Below the pieces are notes generated by a model. It was not told where the DNA came from. It made no database searches and saw only the letters and a list, made by a program, of their open reading frames with translations. A DNA stretch of 41,953 bases, taken from the sequence record SRR31156797_2984. One strand, given 5' to 3'. Made by a program: the position numbers and the translations under genes. The stretch's first letter is position 1; each line of letters opens with the position of its first letter. Below, one piece after another: positions 25,792-34,863 of this stretch.

Positions 25792-28632
25792 CTACCTGTT
25801 AATTTTATTTACATCCCTACCGGAAACATTCTTGCGTCCTTCACGGCGGAGAATACGTGCCGCCCGCTTAAATTCACGAGCAGCATCATTTTCCCGGCCC
25901 ATAAGCCGATAAATTTCACCCAACTGGTAACGCCCTTCGGCATCTTTGGGAACTAGCCTTAAATATTTCCGCAACTTGGAGACAGCTCTTTTGTACTGTT
26001 CCCGTTCACCATAAATAATTCCCAGTCCCTTGAGTGCTGTATGATTTTCTGGGTTAACCTTGAGGGCCGTCTGAAACAGGTCATAAGCATCGGTCTGAAA
26101 ATTATTAAACAAGGCTTCCGCACCCAACCGGGCTAGGAATATTTCGTCTTTATTGTACTCTTTTTTCAACCTTTTATAAACATCGGAACCCTCACTTCCG
26201 CGTCCGGCCATCTGCAATGCCGAAGCCAGTAAAAAGCCTTCAAAGCGGGGCAATTTTTCCAAACGGCCATAAGGTTCCAGAATCCGCAAAGCGGCTTCGG
26301 GTGCTCGCTCATCAAGATAGGCCCGGGCCAGTTCGATACGTTCGGCCTCAGGCAATTTTCCTGCAGCCTGTAATTCCTTGAAAACCCTGATCTGATCTGT
26401 AGACTTTCCTGCAAAACCATAGACCCTTGCGAGATCTAATTTCAGCTCATAATCACGAGGCTTAATAGCGATAGCCCGTTCATAGTAATCAGCAGCTTTA
26501 AGGTACTCCCCGGCATCAGACCAAGCCTTCCCCGCTCGCTTGGCTAGGTCGAAGTTACCCGGAGATTCATTAGATATTTCAGCGTAAAGCTTTGCCGCTA
26601 CAGCAGGACGTGCGGTCCATTCAGCCAGTCTGGCAAGACTTTCCCTGATTTCTTTACGCTTGTAATCACGCGAATACAACTCATCATAAATACGGTAAGC
26701 CTCTTCACTAAGTCCAGCCTGATCAGCGAAATCCGCCCACTTATGCAAGACATTGAGATTCTTAGCACTCTGCCCTGCAAAATGGGAAATTAGCTGTTCC
26801 GCTTTTTTACTATCACCAGCAGCAGCCCATACCGCAGCAGCCAGCAAAGCAACCTGCTCATCATCCGGACGCAAGCTGATGGAGGTCTCAGCGGCATCGC
26901 GAAAAATAGCCTTGTCCCCAGTGTAAGATGCAATCTGAATAAGGTTCATGACGTATTCACGATTGCCCCCGGTCATAATCGCAGCCTTTTTGTAATAGGG
27001 ATAACCGTCTATTGGAGAATTCAGCCAAAGCATAATTTCCCCGGCCTGCGCGATTACCTTCACATCCTTAGGCGCAATCTTTTCTGCATACTTAGCGGCC
27101 TGCTTTGCCAACTTAAGATCCTGAGTCTCAGAAGCAGCCAGCAGCATGTCGAGAATATCCTGCTGCTCCTGCTCCCTTTTCAACAATTCACGATAAATAA
27201 GGTAAGCCTTATAGGGCTTGTTAACATTACGATACGCTGACCCGGCAGTACGCATGATATTGATGTCATTGGGGAAGACTTTAAGAGCCAATTCCACTGT
27301 TTCGGCCAAAAGTTTATTATCAGCTGTGGTTGCGGCCGCATCAATAAGCGTCTGGTAATCTTCCAGAGTAGCACCGGGACTATCCACGACCTTGCGCAAA
27401 ACATCGTAGGCTTCGCGCGGACGTTCAAGGGTCAGCAGCAATGTACCGCGAGTACGCAGATAATCAGGCTCGGAAAAATCAACATCCTTGGTATCTTCCA
27501 CCACCTCGGCCATAAGTACCCGATCTTCACTGAACAAGGCCGCCCGCAGCATATCATGAGCATAAACAAGCCAGTTCCCTACCCGCTCGGCCAAATCACG
27601 GAACAGAGAGACGGCCTTACGGTGATTACCGGTCTGCATATAGACATCGCCGAGCGCCTGATGATGAGCATGATTATCCGGCTCGATCTGGACTAATTTT
27701 TCCAAAACCAATTGTGCAAGATCATGCCTGTCAGCACTGCGGGCCATCCATGCTGTTTCGGTCAGCAGATGCACATTTTCAGGACTTATCTTGAGGAGTC
27801 TTTGCGCCACATCCAAAGCCCGGTCATAATCACCGGCCCACCCCAGAACCTTGACCAACTGCACCCTGCTCTCAACATCAAGCCCGGCCTGCTCATCCAT
27901 GCGGGCAGCATATTCATAGCCATCCTCCATGCGATCCACGGCAACAAAATACTCAAGCACATAAACTACATACCGCAGAAAATCGACTTTTTCCCCAGAC
28001 TCAGCCCTGAACTCGGTTTCTGCCTTAAACTGCTCTCCGACAATGAAAATCCGCTGAAGCAAAAAATTGAGGTAGGGGTCATCCAAATTCTTAGCATGTT
28101 CCGCGCCGAGCAACTCAATTTCATCACTGAGCACACGCATGAAATCGCCGCGGAACGGTCTTTTGCCCTGCAACTCGTTGAGTTTTATTATGGCATCCAC
28201 TTCCTCCGAAAACAGATTGAAGTATCGGTAATACATTACCATCTGCTCCAAAGGCTTCATCTTTCCAGGCTCAATCTTTGAAATCTTTTCCCATGTATGC
28301 AAAGCTTCCCGAGGCATGACATTCCACTCAAAAACCTGCACAAGCTTCCGCAATTCGGGAACACGGTACGGTTTCTGCTTTAAAATCTCCTCAAGACTGG
28401 AAATAGCCTTATCCGGCATCCCACGCTTAAGATAAACATCCGCACCAATGGCCAAGAGTCTCAGGTCATGAGGATCTTTTTCAAGAAGCTCACTGATAAG
28501 GTCCGCAGCTTTGGAAATCTCACCGCTCCGCAGGTACAACGGGACCATATCCCTCGGAAAGGGATAGATAAGTACGGTCGTCCCGATTATGATGAGTACG
28601 AAAAGCAGTACCCGCCAGAGCTTTATGTTCAA
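25792..28632 (-). CDS. Large TPR scaffold, PelB N-terminal-like, with N-terminal membrane anchor
   Basis: Hydrophobic N-terminal helix followed by ~900 aa of TPR-like repeats, no beta-barrel. TTG start overlaps the upstream TGA. Confidence 0.8.
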   Translation of the reverse strand: MNIKLWRVLLFVLIIIGTTVLIYPFPRDMVPLYLRSGEISKAADLISELLEKDPHDLRLLAIGADVYLKRGMPDKAISSLEEILKQKPYRVPELRKLVQVFEWNVMPREALHTWEKISKIEPGKMKPLEQMVMYYRYFNLFSEEVDAIIKLNELQGKRPFRGDFMRVLSDEIELLGAEHAKNLDDPYLNFLLQRIFIVGEQFKAETEFRAESGEKVDFLRYVVYVLEYFVAVDRMEDGYEYAARMDEQAGLDVESRVQLVKVLGWAGDYDRALDVAQRLLKISPENVHLLTETAWMARSADRHDLAQLVLEKLVQIEPDNHAHHQALGDVYMQTGNHRKAVSLFRDLAERVGNWLVYAHDMLRAALFSEDRVLMAEVVEDTKDVDFSEPDYLRTRGTLLLTLERPREAYDVLRKVVDSPGATLEDYQTLIDAAATTADNKLLAETVELALKVFPNDINIMRTAGSAYRNVNKPYKAYLIYRELLKREQEQQDILDMLLAASETQDLKLAKQAAKYAEKIAPKDVKVIAQAGEIMLWLNSPIDGYPYYKKAAIMTGGNREYVMNLIQIASYTGDKAIFRDAAETSISLRPDDEQVALLAAAVWAAAGDSKKAEQLISHFAGQSAKNLNVLHKWADFADQAGLSEEAYRIYDELYSRDYKRKEIRESLARLAEWTARPAVAAKLYAEISNESPGNFDLAKRAGKAWSDAGEYLKAADYYERAIAIKPRDYELKLDLARVYGFAGKSTDQIRVFKELQAAGKLPEAERIELARAYLDERAPEAALRILEPYGRLEKLPRFEGFLLASALQMAGRGSEGSDVYKRLKKEYNKDEIFLARLGAEALFNNFQTDAYDLFQTALKVNPENHTALKGLGIIYGEREQYKRAVSKLRKYLRLVPKDAEGRYQLGEIYRLMGRENDAAREFKRAARILRREGRKNVSGRDVNKINR

Positions 28633-30713
28633 ATCAGATTAATCTCCATGGGGCCGGAAGCAACATCTTCGACCAATAAAACTCCCTCCCCATTAGTGAT
28701 AAGTTCCTGCGGCGCTCCATCCTTACGGATAAACATGTATTTCCTGTTTGGAATCAAACCTGCCAGCTCAAATTTCCCCTTACTGAAACATTCAAAATCA
28801 AAACGTACCCCCTTGCCCATACGCTCAAAATTACGCACCCAACCGGAACCGTTCTTGAGATAAGGTAAGTTCTCGTTAACCTTTTTCTCCACACTCAAAA
28901 CCAGCTCCGCACGCTCAGTTCCGGGATTAAGATGCACGAAAATTCCTTCCGGCTGAATATCATAGCCGAGCACATTCTTGCATTTGGCAAGATCAGGAAC
29001 CTTATCCATGCCGTCCAGTCGTACGGAAAGGCAGTCGCTATAATTACTGAAAACAAATCGGTCCGGGGAAATCTCCTCCACTTTCGCAACAAGGCTGGCG
29101 TTCACCATTTTGATGTAAGCTGAAGCATAGACCCGTGCCGTATCCTGGCTGAGTGCCCATTCGTAAACATCTTCAAGAGCCTTGAGAGATGCGAATTTCT
29201 CACCGCTGTAAAAATGGTAGTAGATATCAATAGGCATGATCCGACGCGGAGAGCCAGTCCGCTTCATGGTATCCACAATATTGCGGAACCCGAAGTACGG
29301 CCCGGACCAAAGATTGGTCAGAATATTCTCATTGGCCTGCCCGGTATAAATCTGGTTGTATTTGCCTAAAGCACGATAAAGAGGTGAAACTCCGAAATAT
29401 GAATTGCGGCGGGCATCAAAGACAGTATCCCCGCCATTCATGTTTAGGATCCCAGCCTTATCAGCAATAGCAACCTGATCTTCTGTGGGTTCACACATAC
29501 CAGACCAAAACAACACCCGGCAGGGTTTTTCCAGCGGAGCAAGATTCTCGGAAATATAATCACAAGACCCAACAATTTCGTAATGGGCATCAAATTTATA
29601 ACCTGCAATTTCGTACTGCCCGATGACAAAATCCTCGGCATATTCCTTGGACTCCCGGGTCTTAGCGTTCCATGCAAAAGGATGGGTGTAGGAATGGGAT
29701 GATGTCTCCACATTCTCCATCTCAAAAAGAGTTCTCGCCAGCTCCACATTCTCCACGCTACCCTTCACATCAGGATTGATTTCCCCGGCAATAACTGAAG
29801 CTGAATTAGGAAAGTCATAACGCTCAAAAATGCGCTCCATGACAATTTCCCCGCAAACCTTATGTAGGTCCACCTCGGTATAACCAACGAAGCCGTCACC
29901 ATCGATATGAGCAAAAGCAACCCGCTTGCCATTCAAGGTGGTTGGAGTTAGCGCCGGCATGCCTTCCGCTCCCAGAGCAATCCGTAAAAATTCAAAGGGA
30001 TTCAAATACCACTGTTTATTAAAATCAACCGGGTCCTGCCAGCGCATATACCCGTCAAGAGCAAATCCGCCGTACGCCCCCAAGCCCACAGCAGTTGCTG
30101 TTGTACTGGATTTTCCCTTCAACCCCACGCTTACCCATGAAATGACATCCTTCCCGGTGGGGATAATCTGAATATACTTATCCGGGAATAACGGAAGCTT
30201 GCGCTCAAAATTCATATTCTGCGGATCAACATACTCATATTTCAAGCGGTAATCGTCATTGGTAGCATTGCCTTGGTATGAAAATCCGAGATTGGAAAAT
30301 ACCTTCTTAATCAACAGCGGCTCAGCCGGAGCTCTGTCAAAACCACTGAAAGCACCCAAGGTTCCGGCAATTATGACCTTCTTGCCCTGCTTCTGCTGCC
30401 TGATCAGCCAATTGAGAAACTCATTGGGATTGTTCATCAGGTCTTCGGAAAAGGAAGTGAAGACAGCCCGGTATTCCTCCATCGCTTTGTCAGAAGGCAA
30501 AGGCCGCTGCGCAACGTCGCGCACCTCGTACAAGAAGCCGAGATAATTAAGGGGAGCGGCAAAGCCTTCGATAAAATTGTTATCCACAGCTGATCGATCT
30601 TCAGCGCCATTATAGAGTACCAGCACCTTACGCTTAACCGGCTCGGCATAAGCGCAGGACAAAGCAAGAAGAACAATCAGAAATGCGACAACAAGCCTAT
30701 TCACCAGACGCAT
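28629..30713 (-). CDS. pelA: PelA C-terminal half: polysaccharide de-N-acetylase
   Basis: Own signal peptide (..SCAYA). PelA motifs TTLNGKRVAFAHIDGDG, SHSYTHPF, FWSG, NMNGG, NENI and IYYHFYSG, with metal ligands DxD and HxxxH intact. Confidence 0.9.
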   Translation of the reverse strand: MRLVNRLVVAFLIVLLALSCAYAEPVKRKVLVLYNGAEDRSAVDNNFIEGFAAPLNYLGFLYEVRDVAQRPLPSDKAMEEYRAVFTSFSEDLMNNPNEFLNWLIRQQKQGKKVIIAGTLGAFSGFDRAPAEPLLIKKVFSNLGFSYQGNATNDDYRLKYEYVDPQNMNFERKLPLFPDKYIQIIPTGKDVISWVSVGLKGKSSTTATAVGLGAYGGFALDGYMRWQDPVDFNKQWYLNPFEFLRIALGAEGMPALTPTTLNGKRVAFAHIDGDGFVGYTEVDLHKVCGEIVMERIFERYDFPNSASVIAGEINPDVKGSVENVELARTLFEMENVETSSHSYTHPFAWNAKTRESKEYAEDFVIGQYEIAGYKFDAHYEIVGSCDYISENLAPLEKPCRVLFWSGMCEPTEDQVAIADKAGILNMNGGDTVFDARRNSYFGVSPLYRALGKYNQIYTGQANENILTNLWSGPYFGFRNIVDTMKRTGSPRRIMPIDIYYHFYSGEKFASLKALEDVYEWALSQDTARVYASAYIKMVNASLVAKVEEISPDRFVFSNYSDCLSVRLDGMDKVPDLAKCKNVLGYDIQPEGIFVHLNPGTERAELVLSVEKKVNENLPYLKNGSGWVRNFERMGKGVRFDFECFSKGKFELAGLIPNRKYMFIRKDGAPQELITNGEGVLLVEDVASGPMEINLI

Positions 30714-31611
30714 GAATAAACACCTCGTTTAATGCCGGAGTACTGACATATGGGATAAAGCCCAGCTTGCGGGAAAAATCGTAAGCTTTCTTAATTTCCT
30801 GTGTATCCCCGGCAGGTACATAGTCAAGAGTCAGGACCACCAGCTTGGGGTTGGCCTTCAAGGCAGTTTCCGCCTTGGCGATGAGAAAATTACGATCCGC
30901 TTCCGATACGTCAGTACGGGTGGAAGTGGCCAGATCCATGGAACTGCTCAGCCCCTCAATCAACAGGTAGTTGAGATACGGGGCTGTACGCCGGACAATT
31001 TCAAATCCCCGGTTCTGGCAAAGCAACAGCTTGGGGAATTTTTTTCTGATAACCCGGAGCAAATCAACACAAGCCCGCTCGGTACCCTTGTAGCTCTCCG
31101 GGTCCCTCCGCTGCATATCGATGGGAGAATCCAACGTATCAAAAAAAAGCCCGTCATATCCGGCCGAAAGAGCGTCGGGGATAATACGGGTAAAAAGCAA
31201 TTCGCTCCACTCCGGGCGGCGCACATCCACCACCCATGAATCCCAATTCTCATTATGACGCACGAGCAGGCCAAGACGCATAGCCTCCTCATAATAAGGA
31301 CCGTCCCCGGCAACCTCACCGAGACTTACGTAAGCCAGCACCTTTGCTCCTTTTGCGCGCAAAAGAGCCGGGTCCTGCCCTCCGGGGTCCGAGACTAACA
31401 GATCGAAACCGGAAAGTTTGTCCGTCCGGTCCTCACTTCCGTAATAGCAGGCCCACGATTCAACAGCATTACTCCCGCCAAACACGAGAGTCCTGCCGAA
31501 CAAGGAAAAGGTAACCACAAGCAGTGCGACTACTGCGCAGAAACGGAAGACATTGCTGCCACCATTTCCGCAAGGGTTTCCTGCGCTACGCTGTTCAGGG
31601 ATTCCGTACAT
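30697..31611 (-). CDS. pelA: PelA N-terminal half: endo-alpha-1,4-(N-acetyl)galactosaminidase (GH166/GH114-like)
   Basis: WACYYG, LAYVSLGEV, NENWDS..D, GYDGLFFDTLDS, NRGFE, IEGL and LDY..GFIPYV. Start is ambiguous (ATG 31653, ATG 31611 or GTG 31518) because the 5' end overlaps pelC. Confidence 0.88.
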   Translation of the reverse strand: MYGIPEQRSAGNPCGNGGSNVFRFCAVVALLVVTFSLFGRTLVFGGSNAVESWACYYGSEDRTDKLSGFDLLVSDPGGQDPALLRAKGAKVLAYVSLGEVAGDGPYYEEAMRLGLLVRHNENWDSWVVDVRRPEWSELLFTRIIPDALSAGYDGLFFDTLDSPIDMQRRDPESYKGTERACVDLLRVIRKKFPKLLLCQNRGFEIVRRTAPYLNYLLIEGLSSSMDLATSTRTDVSEADRNFLIAKAETALKANPKLVVLTLDYVPAGDTQEIKKAYDFSRKLGFIPYVSTPALNEVFIHASGE

Positions 31612-32090
31612 CCGAAAAAGCACCCCCCGCTCTTGGAAGAAGATGAAGCCCAAAGCACATTGCCGGAAGAAACATCAATCATACGCAGATTAATGCCCAC
31701 AGTAGGACTCTGGTTAACACCGCGCTTGTACTGGTACTCGGTCACAGAACCGTAGATGACGGTATCCACACCGAGTTTGCTGCCCAATTTCTGGGCCACA
31801 ACGTCTTCCATAACGAATTCGAGATCATCCTCATCACCCTTGATGCGCTTAAACATCTCAGTTGATTCCATGAGGTCGAACTTGGTGGAAGCATACAGTT
31901 CGGTTGTCAGCAGGTCACCGACCATACGTCCGGCATTAGGAGTGTTAGTCAGGTTCACCAGCGGCAACACAGCAGCATGGCGGGCTTCACTGGCAACACC
32001 GTTAGGCTGGACGTAATCTTTCATGTAAGTACCGGAACATCCGGCAAGAAAGAAAATAAAAATCAAAGTAGTGAAAAAGCTCTTTTTCAC
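31530..32090 (-). CDS. pelC: Pel export lipoprotein PelC
   Basis: Lipobox LAGC, VLPLVNLTNTPNAG and YGSVTEYQYK..PTVGINLRMID..SG.VLW. GTG start with RBS AAGGAGG. First gene of the operon. Confidence 0.9.
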   Translation of the reverse strand: MKKSFFTTLIFIFFLAGCSGTYMKDYVQPNGVASEARHAAVLPLVNLTNTPNAGRMVGDLLTTELYASTKFDLMESTEMFKRIKGDEDDLEFVMEDVVAQKLGSKLGVDTVIYGSVTEYQYKRGVNQSPTVGINLRMIDVSSGNVLWASSSSKSGGCFFGCTESLNSVAQETLAEMVAAMSSVSAQ

Positions 32091-32379
32091 AGCACCCTCC
32101 TTATTTTAGAAAAATTTTAATCTTTAATTCAACCTAAACATACAACTTAAAACACAAAACAATCCATATCTAAAGATAAAAATCATAACTTTACATTAAA
32201 TTATTCATTTATTTAAGATACTATAATCCTAATCCATGGCTATGCAAAGTATTTTTTGTTTGTAACCTTCAAAAATTACATTATTTTTTATACTGCAATC
32301 ACAGCCAGAACTCTTTAATTTTATCTTCTCCCATGTTATTCTTCCAAAACACAAAATATTAACCGGGAAAATTCCAATT
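32091..32379. promoter_or_regulatory. AT-rich divergent promoter region between pelC and the GH114 lipoprotein gene
   Basis: 289-bp strongly AT-rich intergenic region between divergent starts, with a TATAAT at about 32222-32227. No operator could be assigned. Confidence 0.6.
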
Positions 32380-33339
32380 ATGAGAATACATACCATTATA
32401 ATTATGACCTTTTTATCCATTATTGCCGGCTGCGTATCAACAACCAGCAACGCTCCATCAAGCAGAACTGTGGAGCAATCAAAACAGGAAATACCAATGA
32501 CCCCGCCGCACAAAGAAATCAACAGCTGGGCCTATCAACTGCAAGGCCCTAAAGTGGCAACACTGGCAGAATCCCCCTATGATCTATTGGTCATTGATTA
32601 TTCAAAAGACGGCTCAGACAAGAACAGATTTTCCGCCAAGGAAATTTCCACACTCCATAAATTCAATAAAACGGTGCTATGTTACTTTTCTATCGGCGAA
32701 GCAGAAGATTATCGTTTATACTGGCAGAAACAATGGAAGGACAGTCCGCCCCGTTTTCTCGGACCGGAGAACCCGGACTGGGCAGGTAATTACAAAGTAA
32801 AATACTGGCGCGAAGATTGGTGGAAAACAGGATTGCGCCCTTATCTGGACCGCATCCTTGAGGCAGGATTCGACGGTGTTTATCTCGACATTGTCGATGC
32901 ATACTGGTTCTGGCACGAGCAGGACATGGACGTGCGGAATACTGCGGACGATATGGTCAAGCTAATCAAAAGAATAGCTGACTACACCCGCAAAAAAGCC
33001 GGGAAAAATTTCATCATCTGCCCCCAGAACGGCATGGGTGTATTTAACGACTGTTCCCCGGAATACAAAGACGTCTACTTCAAAACTGTAGATATGATAG
33101 GTCTTGAAAGCCTGCTTTTCAATTACTATAGTGAAGGAGACAAAAACTACCGCCTGCAATTAGCAAAACAACTAGCCGAGGCAGGTAAAACCGTCCTTGA
33201 TGTTGAATACATTGAATCGTCTCAATACGCTGACTATCTGAAACAGGTTAAGGCACTTGATTTCAAGCTGATTCCCTACGGATCAACACCCGATGCGGAA
33301 TTAGATAGGGTCACGGATTTTTGGAAGTTTAGAGAGTAA
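32380..33339 (+). CDS. GH114-like (TM1410/MJ1477 family) endo-alpha-1,4-polygalactosaminidase lipoprotein
   Basis: Lipobox IAGC, WAYQLQ, DLLVIDYS.DG, CYFSIGEAEDYR.YW, ENPDW.GNY.V.YW, GFDGVYLDIVD and PQNG. Confidence 0.9.
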   Translation: MRIHTIIIMTFLSIIAGCVSTTSNAPSSRTVEQSKQEIPMTPPHKEINSWAYQLQGPKVATLAESPYDLLVIDYSKDGSDKNRFSAKEISTLHKFNKTVLCYFSIGEAEDYRLYWQKQWKDSPPRFLGPENPDWAGNYKVKYWREDWWKTGLRPYLDRILEAGFDGVYLDIVDAYWFWHEQDMDVRNTADDMVKLIKRIADYTRKKAGKNFIICPQNGMGVFNDCSPEYKDVYFKTVDMIGLESLLFNYYSEGDKNYRLQLAKQLAEAGKTVLDVEYIESSQYADYLKQVKALDFKLIPYGSTPDAELDRVTDFWKFRE

Positions 33340-34708
33340 ATTTCAAAATCCCCCCGGCATGCAGGGCATTCAGCGCAATGGCAATCCCTGCCAGCATAAC
33401 CAGTCCGGCACTGAGCACGGGCAGGTTCTCAATCCATTTGCGGGAACCGGAAAACCTTTCGGTAAATTTCGAGGCCCGCACGGTCAAAATTCCAATAATG
33501 ATCAGCACTGCGGCGAGGCCTAGGCTAAAAGCAAGGATCAACAGCAGCCCGAAAACAATCCTCCCGAAAGCCACCGAGGCGAGCAAAACGACTAAAGCCG
33601 TGGGACAAGGAACCATGCCCCCGGCAATACCGAGACTAAGCATGGACCACCATGAGACCGGCTCCGACTCGTTTTCATGCTCATGAGAATGGTCATGCGA
33701 ATGTCCGTGATGGTGGGAGTGCCCATGATGCACAGCCCTGCGGGCCAGCATCATGTAACCGACCGCGAAAACCAATGCACCGGAAAATGTCCCCAACCAT
33801 GGGTAGAGATCGCCGGGCAAGAAATAGCGCGAAAGCAGCAATGCGGCGATACCGAGCACGATCACGCTGGCAACATGGGTAATGGTCACAATTGTGCCGA
33901 GGGTAAAAGCATCGCGGATGCGCCCGCTACGCCCGATAAGATAGGCAGCCACCATGGCCTTCCCGTGTCCGGGACTGAGCGCATGGCCCATCCCCAGAAA
34001 AAAGGCCAAACCGAGAGCGAAAAGAATAGTCCCCGGTCCAAGATTTTCCTGCGCAAGGTAATCCTTAAGCGCAACCTGACTGGAATCCTCCTGTGGGCTG
34101 GGCTTAAGACCACTTCCATCCACAGTTGGAGACGGAGCGGAAAAAGACGCTCCCTGCCCTTCAACTTTCTTGGCAAAAAACTGATAATTCAATTCCCGCG
34201 AATCAGGCGAAGTCTTAACCACACTGAACTGCGGGTCCGCCTGCACCTTCCACTTCAGCCACTTGAGTTCCCCGGTCTGAAAATTGTTGTCTGAAAATTT
34301 AAGATAATGCTTGCCGAAATCCTCTTCCGGCAAAGGAATAGCGTAAACCAAATTAGAACGCAGTCCATTATTGTAACCGCCCGGTGCCGGGAACACTGAA
34401 TCATAATAAAGCTCGGGCACTACGAGGTTATCGTCAAGATAGACCTCTAAATTAGGCAACAAAAGCCTATTGATATCCTGTGATAACTTTCGCTCCTCCG
34501 AACCGGAAACTTTGCCGTCATGGTCAGCATCCGGGATGAGCGTGGCAGTGATGGAAGGCCCGATTGAGGTATCATAAACTATAAGCAACCTCCCACCCTC
34601 ATTCATGACAGTGGTTTCCTGCACCACTTCCCCCAGTGGATGCGCTTGGACAACCGCTCCAATCAGACAGCAAATCAGGACAATATATATGATAAACAGC
34701 TTTCGCAC
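33329..34708 (-). CDS. RcnA/NicO-family nickel/cobalt transporter with fused N-terminal periplasmic domain
   Basis: Signal peptide then HPLG. Membrane domain has GMGHALSPGHGKAM..YL, the His-rich loop HHGHSHHHGHSHDHSHEHE and VPCPTAL. Confidence 0.88.
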   Translation of the reverse strand: MRKLFIIYIVLICCLIGAVVQAHPLGEVVQETTVMNEGGRLLIVYDTSIGPSITATLIPDADHDGKVSGSEERKLSQDINRLLLPNLEVYLDDNLVVPELYYDSVFPAPGGYNNGLRSNLVYAIPLPEEDFGKHYLKFSDNNFQTGELKWLKWKVQADPQFSVVKTSPDSRELNYQFFAKKVEGQGASFSAPSPTVDGSGLKPSPQEDSSQVALKDYLAQENLGPGTILFALGLAFFLGMGHALSPGHGKAMVAAYLIGRSGRIRDAFTLGTIVTITHVASVIVLGIAALLLSRYFLPGDLYPWLGTFSGALVFAVGYMMLARRAVHHGHSHHHGHSHDHSHEHENESEPVSWWSMLSLGIAGGMVPCPTALVVLLASVAFGRIVFGLLLILAFSLGLAAVLIIIGILTVRASKFTERFSGSRKWIENLPVLSAGLVMLAGIAIALNALHAGGILKFTL

Positions 34709-34768
34709 TTTGAATTATTCCTCTTGTTGGTTTTGAACTAACTGAGCCCAAATTGTCATAGATAGAAG

Positions 34769-34797
34769 TTGACAGCAATAGTGCTCAAAGCTATACA
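34769..34797 (+). promoter_or_regulatory. Putative sigma70 promoter of the tetR-TRAP operon
   Basis: Perfect TTGACA (34769-34774), a 17-nt spacer and TATACA (imperfect -10). Confidence 0.55.
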
Positions 34798-34807
34798 CCA
34801 TAAAAAA

Positions 34808-34838
34808 TGACCAACGGTCACTTTATGACCAAAGGTCG
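34808..34838. promoter_or_regulatory. Tandem TetR-type operators
   Basis: TGACC-aac-GGTCA (34808-34820) and TGACC-aaa-GGTCG (34826-34838), 18 bp apart, between the promoter and the tetR start. Confidence 0.75.
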
Positions 34839-34863
34839 CAAAAACAATTAACCAGAAGACCAA

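Noticed and set aside
25787-25792. pelB split as a pseudogene or frameshift
   Set aside because: The downstream ORF has its own signal peptide and an additional SPOR domain, which a simple lesion would not create.
30697-30713. pelA split as a pseudogene
   Set aside because: The deacetylase ORF has its own RBS-like GAGGTG, ATG and signal peptide, and catalytic motifs are intact in both halves.
33675-33732. Low-complexity CAT/CAC-like repeat
   Set aside because: Fully explained by the His-rich loop of the RcnA-like transporter.
33677-34294. 205-aa plus-strand ORF inside the RcnA-like gene, and similar 100-190 aa overlapping ORFs (e.g. 27712-28281, 3102-3644, 1939-2421, 24342-24827)
   Set aside because: Antisense or alternative frames of well-supported genes, with no RBS or domain signature recognised.
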